DNA of 64,000 nt, from assembly GCA_003971905.1 (NCBI GenBank), contig RSEE01000039.1:62001-126000 (forward strand). The letters are read 5' to 3'. This document shows positions 46,245 to 59,187 of this stretch, in pieces. This DNA comes from Moniliella sp. 'wahieum' (lineage: Eukaryota). Under the pieces are notes generated by a model. The model made no database searches. It worked only from the letters and a program-made list of their open reading frames with translations, and was not told where the DNA came from. A program made the translations under genes and the position numbers. The stretch's first letter is position 1. Each line of letters starts with the position of its first letter.

Positions 46245-49200
46245 CTACAACACGCTCGGCAGCCCTCGCTCTTCGCTCCCCGCTCCCGTGGGGCACGCGA
46301 CAAAGTACTCGCGCACTGCCGTCTGCAGGCGCTCGGCGTACTCGCCCGGCGGGAGGATGGTGACGTTGTGTTTACCATCGGGCGACTTGAGCACGCGCTT
46401 GGACGTGCTCTCCAGTGCTTGCCCCATGTAAACGCCCCGAGATAGTCCACCAACTGCACCCGCACCCGCGTGCCCGCTACCGCCACCAGCAACGAATAGT
46501 CCATCCGGTCCGCTGCACTAGGAACGCCACGTCGCGCTCGAGCGCATGCAGTAGCCGCTCCTTCTCGGGCGCAGGTACAAATGCGCTGCGCCGCATTTGT
46601 TCCGCCCACTCGGCATCGTGCCACACATGGCCGCTAGGTCCGAGGCGAAATTGGCATGCTTCACCCGTCGGTCGCGGATGCCCTTGAGATCAAAGCGCAG
46701 CAGTGGCCCAGCCCCGGCAGGATGGGCAAATACATTGTCCAGCACCATCGATTCATTTGCTTCCGAGGAATCGGCCGGTGGGTGTCCTTGATCTTGATGC
46801 TGTAGACGCCGAGGATGCGGACCAGCAGACTAGGCTGGTGGCTGGTGGCGCAGTGGGTCGCGTACGCCAAGTACGAAGGCGCAAAGTCCAGGAACGCTTC
46901 CTCTCCATGGTCCAGACGGCCTGCAGTTGCTTGGCCACCAGCTTGCCATCTGACGAACGGAAAAATGCCGAGGAGGACTTGCCGCCACCAGCGGCCCGTT
47001 GGTACAATGGCTCAACGACTCTACCAAATCCGTCTCCCCCATGCCCCACAGGGAACGCAAGCGGGCAAACGAAGCGGCGTGCCATGCGGTACAAGATACC
47101 TTGAGCGCGCCCCGGGTGACCGTGTGCTTGACATGCGCTGAGTGGGGGTAGTGGGGGTAGGTGGGCGTGCCATGGCCGCCATCCGAGTCATACTCATCCT
47201 TTTCAGGCATGCTGTACAGGCTGGGTGTCGACACGGGACGCAACGGGTATACGGCGCCTTGCGCGGCCACGTATGGTCCCTTCTTCGTTCTGCCGCGAGG
47301 AGAGGCGACGAGCTTGTTGAACGTAAGCAACGACGCATCCTTGGCCCGTTTCTTGGCCTTGGTCAGCCTACTGTGCGCTCGGGCGGTAGAACTGCGCGTC
47401 GGGATCGTCAGGGTCGGGAGGCGGTGGCTCAGCGGTGGACTGTTGGGAAGTGGAAAACAGTGGAGCGGGAAGGTTGCGCAGTCAACTCTTCCATCGAATC
47501 CTTGGGCTCGAGTGGGGAGCCCGCCGAATCCCGGCTGACCGCATGGGAATGAACGGCCCGTTGGAAACTAGGGAGGCTGAGGGTGTACGCCACGACGGAC
47601 AAGGGATCGTTCATGCGCACCACGACAGAAGACGAAGGCAGCATCACCTCCTCTTCCCAGGGGGGCCAGGCATAGTGCGTCTCTGGCATGGGATCAGCAA
47701 GGTACTTCCCCCACCAAGCCTCGGCCCGTGCCGCCGCAGCGTGGGCCGCATCATGCAACGCTATCCGTGCATCGTTCAGCTCTGTGATGGGGGTGGAGCG
47801 GATGGTGGTTTCGAGGTGGGTGTGCTCCTCGGCGAGAACCTGGCGCAGCGCATACAGTCTGGCTCGAGGAGAGCTGGGGTCATCCTGTGCCTCGCTCGCC
47901 GCGGCACCAGCCGCTTCCGCCTGCTGCGCCAGGATGAGCGCGGCGTTGTCTAGGTGACGCTGCACCGACGTATAGAAGGACTGGGTCCAGTCCACAAGCG
48001 TCTCGCGTGTCTGGAGATCGTCAGCTCGGCTCTTCACAAAGGAATTCCAACGTACCGCTTCCAAACGCCGCTCCTTCTCCTGGGGTGGGGACGGAAGGAA
48101 GGGATCTTGGAGCTGAAGGTGATAAACGACGAAAGCGAGAAGCTGTGGCCTTGACCACGGCGTGGGTCGTACGGAAGAAGAAATGGGGGTGGGCCGGGGC
48201 TGGGAGGGAAGGCCGTCGGCGGTAAAGGTGTGGTAGATCAGCATTTCGACAAACTTGCCCAAAGACCACAGGTAGGCACCCGGTGAGAGCCATTGGGTCT
48301 TGGACGGGACCCCGTCGACAACCGTCCAGAGCGAGACGGGCCCAATGGGACCGTGAACGAGTGGGTCGGAATCGACGCCCAAGTCAGCCTCGGCTTGCTG
48401 CTTAGCGCGGCGCACCAGGCCATCGGCCAAGCGAAGCGCCTGGCGTGCAGGCTCAATCCCAACTTGGAGTAACTCGGCCACAGCCCGTGCCTCGCTCTCG
48501 GGATCGGCTTTCTCCGACTGGCTGTGCGCCGAATCACTCTGCTGGCCACGCTCACCCGGGAAGACAAGGCGGGTTCCCCCGCCCGCGCGTACCGCTCGAG
48601 CGGAAAGGGTAAAAGGTACCCATTGTGCGCTAGGGTCCAGCATGTCTCCTCTCCATACGCCACGTCGGGCGGCGCCTTGCTTGGCTCCGCCCCCGCCCCT
48701 TCCCCTGGCTCTGCCTCTGGCCCCGCCCCTGGCCCAGCCCCGGCCGCGGCAGCCAAGGCTAACGTCTCCACCACCTGTCCTAGGCGTACATCGCCTGTCT
48801 TGCGAAGCGCGCGGAAAAAGTCGATCGTTACCCATTCCGCATCATCGCCCAAGATCAAGGGCCGAGGCAGAGCCTCTGCCTTGTCGGTCGAGGTGGCTCG
48901 TCAGAGGCTATGCCCTGCGCCAAGTCCGCGTCCGAGGAAGGAAGTGTCATCGAAACGCTCCGGGGCTTGGCTTGTATTGGGCGCGGGAAGGTGAGACTTG
49001 TGACGCGGCGCTGTTCGTGGCGCACGGGAGGGGAGTGTCCTGGGTGACGAAGGGGTGGGGTGGGCGGACGTGCCTCCCATGTCGTTGGGGCGAAGGGCGT
49101 CCGTGGGTATTGGGATCGGCGTAGGCGGTGGGAGGGGGATAGCGCGAATCAGGGCTATCGCTTGGGACGAAGCGAAACTTTTCCCTTCCCTTTGGAGGAA

Positions 49201-51081
49201 GGGAGACGTGGGCGATCCGCTCGACCTTGGTGGGTCGTGTCCAACGCACGGCCTGCACCGCCTGCGCCGCATGCTCCGACTCGGGCTCCGATGCGCTACC
49301 CTCATCATTCTTGCGATGAAAAGGGTGGTGGGAGGAGGAGAGGGTGCGGCGGAAAGAAAAAGAGTGCGAGACCGAGTAAACGAAGGACGTCGCGATGAAA
49401 CTGGAGAGGTGTTTGACGTTTCCTCATTTCCCCAAAGTGAACGGAGAAAACGCGAAACGGAACCAGGGCGCGGTTGGTGCAGATGCCCAAGCCGGCTTAC
49501 AGAAATGGTTGAAGCGAGGTGACTGATGTGTGGGCGCGTCGGGTGCGAGGGGGCATCCTCAACGCGCAGGATGCGCTCACTGTTCCATCTCTGCTCCTTG
49601 GGGCGCACAATGAGTGTGCCTTGGTGGTTGGGACGTACCGAAGAGAGTAAGGACCAAATCTGCTTCCCCCAACCATCCTTCTCTTTCGCGTGAGTCTCGG
49701 AGACAGTGGGGTGGCATCACGGGCGGCGGGATTGAAGTCGGCACATCTTCCGGATAGGGCAGTTCCATCCCCATATTGGCCAAGAACTGCGCTTCAAGCA
49801 GCATCGCCTGCCCGGCATACATCTAGCAAACATAGATCAGCTCACGTCTCTTGCCCGCAGGGAAGGAAACAGACGACGTACCAGGGTACGCAACATGTCC
49901 ACCACGCGTCTTGCCTCGGAAGCCGAGCGGGCATGGATGGAAAACGTCCCGCCCACCAAATGAATCTTATCCTCGCCCCCCGAAAGTGCGGAAGGGAGAG
50001 GCGGTGTTGGCAAAAGCGAGCTTCCTGGGGAGGATCGAACCGTTGCGAGTTCCAAGGGGGTAGGGATATTGGAGGAGGAGGAGGAGGAAGAGGAAGGATA
50101 CACTCGTCCAAATAGGTCGGGCTCATCGGACTGGCTGGGTGGTCGGGGGAAAGAGGACCAGCGTACCCTGGACGAGGGGCCCGGCACGTCCTCCGTGTCC
50201 CCTAAATGCGCATCAAGATGGGAGAGTGGCACCTGCTTCCCCTCAAGAAAGACTTCGACCTGGAGTTGAACTTTGGCAACTCGGGTGGAAGGCTCACACG
50301 CTTCAACAATCCGTGCCGCAAACGCGCTCGGCCCGTTCCACTGTCAGTCTTTCCGCCTCGGACGCAGTTAGGGTGAGTGTCACGCCCTCTGGTCCTGGCG
50401 TCTGGGGCGGCAGGGGTGGCCTACGCTCACGGTGTGGTGTACGAGACGGTCCGGAAGCAGCGATGGCGGCAAGGTGCGCATGAGCACGGCTTGTACCTCC
50501 TTCCTTTTCTTTCTCTTCCTCTTTCTCCTTCTCTTTCCCTTTCTCTCTCTCTTTCTCTTGGGCTTGTCTTCGCTCACGCTCGAAGGAGGACGGGGTGATG
50601 TGGAAGGGGTTCGAAACGCCTCCGAGCCCAAAACGCCCACCCCATGGGCTGCGATGGAGGCCAAGTGCATGACCGACGGCATGTCCTCTGCGCCTACCGT
50701 GCTCGACACGGCCGGTTCGGGCAGTGCCAGACTCGAACCCGATGCAGGATTGTCGGCAGTGACGACGACCGCGGGAGCGGCAACGGCAGGGCGTATGTGC
50801 ACGCCATCGGAACTGTATTCAGTATGAGGCTTGCGTTTAGACGTCTTGGCACCAGCGCGCAAAGTGAGCGGCGCCGGTTCCTCAGTGGACGACGTACTCA
50901 GGGCATGCGTCAGCATCTTGACCGCGACCGAACGGCGCATGATCCGCTCTTGCTCGCCCTCCCCCAACAGGCACAGCTGCCACTCATCCGACTCGGTCTC
51001 GCGAACCTGGTCGGGACCGGGCGCGGGGACAGGATCATCCGCAAGGGAAGGGGAAGCGCGCCAGAAAAGGCCCAGGCCCAT
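46245..51081 (-). CDS. Fab1-like phosphatidylinositol-phosphate kinase, heavily frameshifted; start uncertain
   Basis: SLGKFVEMLIY, VVVRMNDPLSVVAYTLS, HVKHT, FARLRSLWG, GGKSSSAFFRSSDGKLVAKQL, DFAPSY, LLVRILGVYSI, FDLKG, MDYSLLV, VDYLGAFTWGKALES and TILPPGEYAERL. Confidence 0.85.
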
Positions 51082-53222
51082 CGCGAGACTTGGGTGGAAG
51101 GGGTGGGCGTGGGCGCAGGAAGGCGTGGTGGGCAGCGACCGAGCCCAAGCGCCGTGCCTGGAGACGGATCCATCCTGGCTTCTCCGTCTTGGGTGGTGTG
51201 GCGGCTGGTGTAGAGTGGGTCCAGCCGCCAGGCCAGACTGGCGGAGGCGGCGAGGGAAGCAAACGTGTCGGGGCTGCCAAGGACAGAGAGGGCGGAGAGG
51301 ACAGCGTCGAGGATTTGGGGGACGGTGGACCCGTCGAGCGGGCGGCGTGAGGGGGCTGGGCAGCCCAGTGGGCGCGGGCGAGGGCATGCAGATGGGTGGA
51401 AAGGCAGTGGGGAGGGCGAAGAGGAGGGGTGGGTGGGGGACTAGGGGGGGAGAGGGGGGTGTGATGGCCGGCGGCACTGGACATGGCCACGGCGCCGCGT
51501 GATCGCGGCTCATCGGCCCACGGCAGAGGGAGGGGGGGGGGTAGCGGGGGCGGTGGTGGTGGTGGGGGGGGCGATGGCGAGGGCCGAGGGCGGGGGCAAG
51601 GGCGATGGCGAGGGCGGAGCAGCAGGAGGCAATCAATGCTCAATCAACGCTCAGCCATCGGATGGCTGAGCAGGCGCATGCGATCCACCGCCTGCCGTCC
51701 GCAGCGTAGCACCCCAGCTCCGACAGCCGACAGCCGCCTGGCCCCGATGGGATCTGGCTGTCCAGCGCAGGCAGCAGCGCACTCTCCATCGCCATCGCCC
51801 GTATCACATTGCATCATATCACACGGCCCATCACACCTCGCCTCTGCAGCCGCACAGTCCATCCGACACCACCCCATCGACCATCTGTGCCTAGTATTAG
51901 TCCCCCCTTCCATCGTCGTACGCCATTTCGCTTCCCGATTGAGGCTCAAGCCTCACCCTTCAGGCGTCATCCTTAGGGCAACATGCCCGCCAACTCATCC
52001 ATGGGGCAGCAGCCCAACAGCTCCAACACCAGTTTCCGTCACCAGTATGCACTTTTGCTCGCTTCTTGGCCCCCACATCATAGGCATCACAGCAATACTA
52101 GTGCCTCGCCCATTGTAGGGCCCAATGTGCCAAAACAGAACACCCTATCCCCCGACATGTCACAGAGAATATGCATGGCCGTTCCACACGGCACCAGCAA
52201 ACTACGCTTGCAGCATACAATGCAAGCACACATGATGCCCCACACCACCCCTCAAACCCTCCAACTTCCTCCCGATCGTTCGTTCCAGGCAGGTCTCCGT
52301 GTAGTTCAAGCGGGCCGCGAACCTGGCTGAAGCTACAAAAAAGTTGCCTGGACCACCATCGCCAGCATGGAATGGTCGCCGCGGTGGTCAACCCAGGGCG
52401 AGAAGCGCACAGACACGGCGTGAACTCATTGTCTGCACGGGCCTGGCCGAATACGATTCCGATGCCACAACCATTGGCGAAAAGAGAGAGAGCGTGGAGA
52501 TATGCTGCCCTAAATCCTATCTCCTTGTTGACCAGGTCTTATGAGAGCAACACTGGGTGGGGTAACAAGGTAGGCATCGTCTTCGATACGCCCAGTGCCA
52601 ATCGACGGAGGGCAGCAAGTGACGTGGTACTTGACTTAGTGTGGAAGACTCGCCTAGGTGGAGGGAACGCGTGCGGATAAGGGGAAGCCGCGGAGCCAGG
52701 CGGCAGCCAGGACGCGATGCTGTGCCTCCCTCGGAAGAAGGCGTGACTGGGCTGCACCCGTGGAAACAAACGCCAGAGGGTCCCGAGCCATCGATGGTAA
52801 AAGGAGGCGACAACTCTACGTATTACATCCAGTGTAGTATACTTAGTAGGTGGGGAAATGTGTAAGACCCGGGGGTCGGATTCCGACATGAAGCACAGAC
52901 GTAAAAGTGTGAGGGGCGCGAAGAGATGGATATGGGGCCAGCACGCCCGCATGTGTGGGACGGTGCGGGGCGGGAGCGCCGGACGCAAGACCGATCCTGG
53001 TGCGTGCGATGCCTGCCTCGGCGTGGGGGGGGCGGCGCGACGCGTCAAGGCAATCCCCCTCCGCTGCTCTCCTGGGCAAGACAAGTGTGGGGCTGCTGAT
53101 GTAAAAGCGGCGCGCACCACCTCTTCGCTTTGGCTGCCAAAAAAAAAAACAACAAAAAAACCAGCCAGCAAGCCTAGCACGCCTCCTCTCCACCACTTTT
53201 CTGCTGCTGCTCCCCCCCACGC

Positions 53223-56200
53223 ATGGCTGATCCTGACGCGGTTGCCCAGCTCCTCGCCCAGACCCTCGACGCCGACACGGGCCTCGCTCCCATGCCGAGG
53301 CCCAGCTGCAGCACCGCAAGGCCAGCGACGGCCTCTTTGGCCCTGCTCTCGTCCAGGTCGCTGCCACCCCGGCCGTCCCACTGCCCATCCGCCAAGCCGC
53401 TTCCTTGCTTCTGCGCCAGGTTGTCGATGCCACCTGGTCTCCTCTCGGCGCCAACTACACAGGCGTAAACGGCGAGGCCATGCCCGCCGCGGCCAAGGCC
53501 CAAGTTCGCGCCACCCTCCTTGAGCTCCTGCTCTCTGACGAGCGCAAACTTCGACTCGCCTCGGCCCTCACGCTCAGCCACGTGGCCAGCACCGACTTCC
53601 CCGACCAGATCCCCGAGCTCCTGCCTGTCCTCATTTCCGCACTTGATCCAGCCAATGTTACCCCGCACAAGGCTCATGGCGCCCTCGTCTTCCTGTCCGA
53701 GTTTGCCCGTTCCGAGTTGGACGAGCACCAGCTCCTCCACCTTACCGATCAGCTTCTCCCCAGTCTCGAGGCCATCGTCTCATCGCCCCAAGGCATCGAT
53801 GCCCACCTACAGGCCCGCGCTGTTGTCTGGTGCGTCAGATGCTCGAGGCTACCTACTTGATCCGGGAACAGTTCCCTCAAGCGGCCCAGACGGCGCTTGA
53901 GACTGTGCTCCCCCGTTGGATCCCAGCCCTTCTCCAGCTCGTGCGGCAAGGCGAGCAGGGCTTGCATGCACTCGCCACGAGCGCCCAGGGAATCGAAACA
54001 TGGGAACAGCTTGCACTCACTGCCGAGGCGCTGCGCACGCTTCAGCTGGCCTCGCATGTCAAGCCTGTGTTCAAATCGCACGTGTCGGACGTGGTCGTTG
54101 CCTCCCTCGCTGTTACCCGCGCTGCCGCACAGGCTTTGGAAACCTACGAAACCAGCCCCTCGGCAGAGGGGAGCCGGCTGACTTCCCCCCCGAAGGCGAT
54201 GGGGACATTGCTTCCTCCCTCCCGGGTGTGGCGATGCAGCGGTGGAGACGGCCAGCGCGCTTCTCCGCGCGTACCACAAGACGGTCTCCAACCTGCTCCA
54301 ATCTTCTCCGCCCGGTCAGGAAGGTGGCATCTCCCTCCTCGGCTCCTGGGTCGAAAGTTTGACCCAACTTGCGATGGTGACCAACGAGCAAGAGGAGGAA
54401 TGGTCTGTCGACATCAACGCCTTTGTCGCCGAGCTTGACGAGGCCGATGGCGGAGGTGCCATCTTTGCTGGCACGGAATCCTTGCGCGCCACTGGGCTCG
54501 AGACCGTGTCGGACCTATTGGAGGTGATTCCGGACGCAAGTGTCAAAGCATTGGTACGCGCTGTGCCGGCGCGCGTGGCCGTCGGAGAGGCGTACCGCGC
54601 TCAAGGGCGATCAGATTGGTGGAAACCGATTGAGGCTATCCTGCTCCTCTTGGGAGGCAACGGAGACCTGCTCGCTGAAACGCCGGCGTTTGAACTGGAA
54701 AAAACGTTTGATCTGGCCGTGGCGCCGTATGTGCAAAATGCCCCGCCTCTTTTGACCGCCCAAACGTTCCTCTTTGCCTCCCAGTTTGCCGCCGCCTTGC
54801 CCCTCAGCATCTCTCTTCAGTTCCTTAACGCGGCCACCCTCACTCTGGGCGGCAGCGATGCGATTGCGACGGCCGCCGCGACGCGGACCGTGCGCAACTT
54901 TTATCGTCACTTTGCCTCCTCTACCACGCCACCTGAAGCCAGCGAGTGTGCGCCGACTCTCCTGGGCCACCTGGGCCGTCTGTTGCAAAGCACCCAGACT
55001 GCTGAACAAAGTGACACGAGCGTTCTGGTTCTGGAGGCCGTGCAGGCTGTTGGCGTCGCTGCGCTCTCCTCGGTAGTGTCAGCGCTGCTGAAGCGTCCGC
55101 GCTGGCCGAGGGCGTGGTGCACACCTTCCTGGCCCAGCGAGACGATCCGGTAGTGAGCTCGGTGGCGAGGATGTGTTGGAGGCGTTTGTGTCCCAGGTGC
55201 AAGCGCCGGCGGATGTGGCCATTCTCAGTGCTGCATTCCCCTTGTTGGCTGGGTACGTGGTGCGCCCGACCGAGGCCGAGGTGCAGCTGGAAGGCAGTAT
55301 CGAGGGGGCGACCAAGGAGGACATGGGACGCTGGGCTACGCGGGCGGCAGCTACTCTGGCATGTGTTGATGCGTTGCTGCGTGCGGCTCAGCCCGATGCA
55401 CTGCTACAGGTCCAAGCTGCCTCCACACTTCTCCCCGCCCTGGTGGGTGCCTGGGCTGAGTTGGGACAAGACCGGGACGTGCAGCAGGCGCTCGTCCAGA
55501 GCCTCACCTACCTCATTGGCAAGGCGCCCGAACCCACACTGGCCTGGAACGGGCTTCCCATCACCCTTGCGCCTAGCGCTGCCACCTCGACACGCGCCTT
55601 CCTTGCTCCCGTGCTCACGGCCTTGCTCGACCCCGAGGACACGCTCGAGACGGCCGGGTTGGCGCTTGGGCCGTTCCTTTGTGCCCTGATCCGGAGGGAG
55701 AAGGGCATGCTCCAACAGAGCAGCGAGCTGCTCCGTGCCCTCGTCTCTCGCCTCAAGGCAGCCAAGACAGCATCCTTAACCCACGGCATCCTCGTGCCCC
55801 TTCTCTACCTGATTGCCGGCCCGACGCTGGTGTGCCCGCCGGACCCGATGCGCTGGCTGTGCTCGCTGCGCTGGACTTGGGTGACGGGACAGGGCTGCAG
55901 CTCGTGGCGGAACGCTGGATGCAAGAGACGGGATCGCTGCATGGCGTCTGGGCACGCAAGGTGAACGCCCTGGCGCTGCTGCGTCTGCTGCGGGAGGGAG
56001 GGGATCTGCTACTGACGCTACCTGTACGGGGGAAGTGCTACCGACAGGAGGCAAGATTGTAACGCGTTCCATGGCCAAGGCCAACACACTCTACCGCTCC
56101 GTGCCGCTTGCTGTGGGTGCGCTGATGGGGTGCTGGACGAGTGGGAGTCGGCAGGCCAGGAGCCCGAGGCGGAGGAGGTCGACGAGGACGGGTGGGACGA

Positions 56201-56462
56201 CGAGTCGTTGGGGGGCATGCACGTGTCGGACCTGCTGGATCTGGGAGTGATGGACGAGGCCGGCGCAGTCGATCCAGCGGCCGCGATGGGCAAGGAAGAG
56301 TGGGCTCACGACCCGGTCGCCACCCTGGACCTGAGGGGGGAAGTGCCGCGGCGGCTGAAAGAGCTGGGGCCGACGCTGGAGGCGATGCAGGGCGCCCGTC
56401 CAGGCTTGTGGGACGAGCTGGGGGACAAGTACAAAGGTCTGCTGGCCAAGGCGATGGCGTAG
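53223..56462 (+). CDS. KAP114: Importin-beta family karyopherin, importin-9/Kap114-like, frameshifted in the assembly
   Basis: LLAQTLDAD..IRQAASLLLRQVVDATWS, LSHVASTDFPDQIPELLP, QEEEWSVDINAFVAE, WWKPIEA and IVTRSMAK..YRSVP; acidic C-terminal loop. Confidence 0.85.
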
Positions 56463-57017
56463 GCGCTGCGCTCGATGGCCAGGATGCCGCCGCCGCCTGG
56501 CCTCTCTCAGCCCGCGCGGCAGGCCCAGTGCCATGACGCGGGGGACAGCCGCCGTTGTGTAGCCGAGAGAGGCGGATCGGGACGGCGCTCAAGCTGAACG
56601 GTCGGTGAACGAAGTGCTGAGTAGCCCAGGGCGCTTGGTCGGAGCGACGGCCCAATGCATCGATGACGACGACGCGTGAGGATGGTTGTTCATATAGGTG
56701 ATGGGTTAGTTGCATGGCGATGCGAAGACGTACGGTTCTAATCCGCTGCTCGCCGTCTTCGATCCTCGTGGTGGCCCTCGAGTTGGTCAGTGCGTCCAGC
56801 TGAGCATTCAGCCCAGTGTGCGGCCCGCTGGTCCGACGGCAGCTATGACGTTGCCCTGCAAGAAGAGGAGATCGACGTTTCCCTTGTAGCTTGCCCTCGA
56901 CGTCATTCGCCCTCTTGCCTGCATCATTAGGCCTTAGGTGCTGGTGGTATAAATCGCATGCCTTCGCTCTCCTCGTTCTTACCCTCATATGCCCACGATC
57001 CCCACCTGAGCAACACC

Positions 57018-57566
57018 ATGTCGGAAGAGTACGCTGGCAAGTCGGATGCGCAAATCATTGAGGAGCAGGTACGCGCCCCCCCCCCCCCTTCATTCATCTC
57101 AGCTAACAATGGTTTCCCCTGGATCAGGCAGCCTCGCTCGGCTCCAAGAGCAGTTACAAAACCAAGGACAAGTTCCAGCCGCGCAACACTGTCACCTCGG
57201 ACGAAACGGGGGAACGAGTCTGGGGTAGCAGGGTTCCCAGGTGCGTCTGTACACACTGGACAGACGGGCCAAACGGGTGGCCGAGACTCGATGATCATTC
57301 CTCCCGAGGAAGGGGGCGACGATCACGCCGAGTCGCTCGGCACGCGTGCCGACGCCTTTGACGGCCCTGTCTTGGGTGGACCCGAGGATCAGCTTATGGC
57401 CCAAGCCAAGCAAAACCCCGGGGGCGTGGACGTGACCAGCGCGCCCATCTCTAAACCGCGACACGCAGCCTACAACGAGGCAGTTCCTGCTGGACAGCCG
57501 GTGCAGCAGCTCGAGGCGGACCAGGAGGCGGCGGCGGCAGGCCTGCTGAATGGTAACAAGCCGTAA
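57018..57566 (+). CDS. Small hydrophilic Gly/Glu/Gln-rich protein of unknown function
   Basis: TATAAA at 56948; MSEEYAGKSDAQIIEEQ, intron 57069-57127 (GTACGC..CTAAC..CAG), then NESGVAGFPGASV.TG..IPPEEGGD. Confidence 0.65.
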   Translation: MSEEYAGKSDAQIIEEQVRAPPPPSFISANNGFPWIRQPRSAPRAVTKPRTSSSRATLSPRTKRGNESGVAGFPGASVHTGQTGQTGGRDSMIIPPEEGGDDHAESLGTRADAFDGPVLGGPEDQLMAQAKQNPGGVDVTSAPISKPRHAAYNEAVPAGQPVQQLEADQEAAAAGLLNGNKP

Positions 57567-57773
57567 GATTGTATAAATGTGTCCAGCTCGCGGTCTCCAC
57601 ACTGTGAGCTGCTGTCACTGCAATGCCAATGCCAATGCCAATGACATCCGACTATCGGGTCCTCTTTTTCTGCTCAACATCAAGAAAGGCGCACACGACC
57701 GTTGAACATGGTTGGCGTATAAATAGTGATAGGTCGCTTCGCCTCTGGGCGTTGATGTTGGGCGCTATGACGG

Positions 57774-58921
57774 CTAGATATCCAGGACATGGAATGGAGA
57801 CCATACAATAGACAGAGGTGGATTCCATTCAGCGTTGCCGTTCTGTGCTCCATTTGTACGACTTTTTCTGGGTTCGGGGGTACCCTTGAAGCCACGTTGC
57901 TTGAAACCAAACGAGTCCTGGTAGTCTGCATCCGCCTGGGCATCCTCGTACCCGGGCAATGCAATGCCAAACGGTGTCACCTTGCCCTCGGCGACCAAGT
58001 CGGTGAGCTGGTCATGACGCTCCTCGTCTTTGCGGGTCTGAAGCTTGACATGCTGTCCCTTTGTCCGCATGATTTTGCGCACCAACTCCAGCTTGCCCAA
58101 CGCCGATTCCAGCACGGTCATTCGTGCTTGCCGTCCACTCAGCAGTTGCACCAGGTATGCAGCATACTTCTCCCCCCTCCTGCCTTCGGGGGCAAGATCA
58201 TCGTCGCCATCCAGGTCGGTCGGGTCGATTTCCTCCTCCTCCTCGTCAGGTTCGGCCCTGCGTTTGCCCTTATCCTTGGACGCCATGCTCCGCACTATCC
58301 CTTGGTCAGTATCAGCCAAACAACCCGTCTGTGTGCATCAACGTACATTCGTCCACAGAATCGCACCACACGGTCTTCTTGCCCATCTCCCCCGCCTGGG
58401 CCTCGGGATCGATACGTCCATCTCGTCCAGCGGACCCCATTCGCCAGCCAAGAGGTTAGCCAGCTGCATGACCTGTCCTCGTGTTCGGCCCTGAAAGTCG
58501 CCGACCACAAGCGTGCGCAGCCATACAACCCGCATAGTCGGCACGAGCGGACCGAGCTTGTCCACCAGCTTGGCCGCCCGCTTCTTTTCGCGCCGCAGCT
58601 GGTCGCGCAGCGCAGCCGAGTCCTGTGTCTTCAAGAGCGAGATGAGTGCGTGGGAGAAATTGGCCTGCTCCTTGGACAAGCCGGTGATGTGGCGTCCGGT
58701 GCGCTGGTCGATGCGACCGCGGATCATGCTGAAGCTAAACTCATCCGCGTTCCGGTTGGCGGCCTTCTCCTCAAGCCGCTTGATTGCACGAGACTTGGCG
58801 TGGTGGTCCTCTGCGCGTAGCTTGTAGTCCTTCTTCTTCTCGAGCAGGCCAGCTGGCTGCGGGAAGCGAGCTGGCCACGCTCCTTGTGGTTCCTCCGCTG
58901 GACGTAGTTGCGCAGCGCCAT
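57774..58921 (-). CDS. UTP11: U3 snoRNA-associated protein 11, frameshifted; 3' end approximate
   Basis: MALRNYVQRRNHKERGQLASR..GLLEKKKDYKLRAEDHH, AANRNADEFSFSM and LLKTQD. Confidence 0.92.
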
Positions 58922-58972
58922 GGTCAGAGGATTGGAAGCGTCGTATCAGGCTGGCGAGAGGGCTGGACTGGA

Positions 58973-58984
58973 CGAAAAAAATTG
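58973..58984 (+). promoter_or_regulatory. RRPE-like element in the UTP11/ASNSD1 divergent promoter
   Basis: CGAAAAAAATTG about 55 bp upstream of the UTP11 ATG resembles the ribosome-biogenesis motif TGAAAAATTT. Confidence 0.35.
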
Positions 58985-59187
58985 CCCTGGCCAAACCCCG
59001 GCAAAAAGGTGGCAAGGCAGGGCGGAACAGGAATTCCGCAGATGCCCCCCACCGGTCGAGGTCAGGCCTGACGTCTTGAGGCGCCTTGAAGCTTCAGGCT
59101 TCAGCGCCTTTAGGGACGATCAACAAAAAATTATTACAAGACGCCGCGCTGCCTGCTGGCTCCACCATCCAAGCCGTCCTGGCCATC

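Noticed and set aside
52780..52870. Purine tract followed by TGTAAG, resembling a PPT and LTR start
   Set aside because: No matching LTR end, TSD or second copy in the window.
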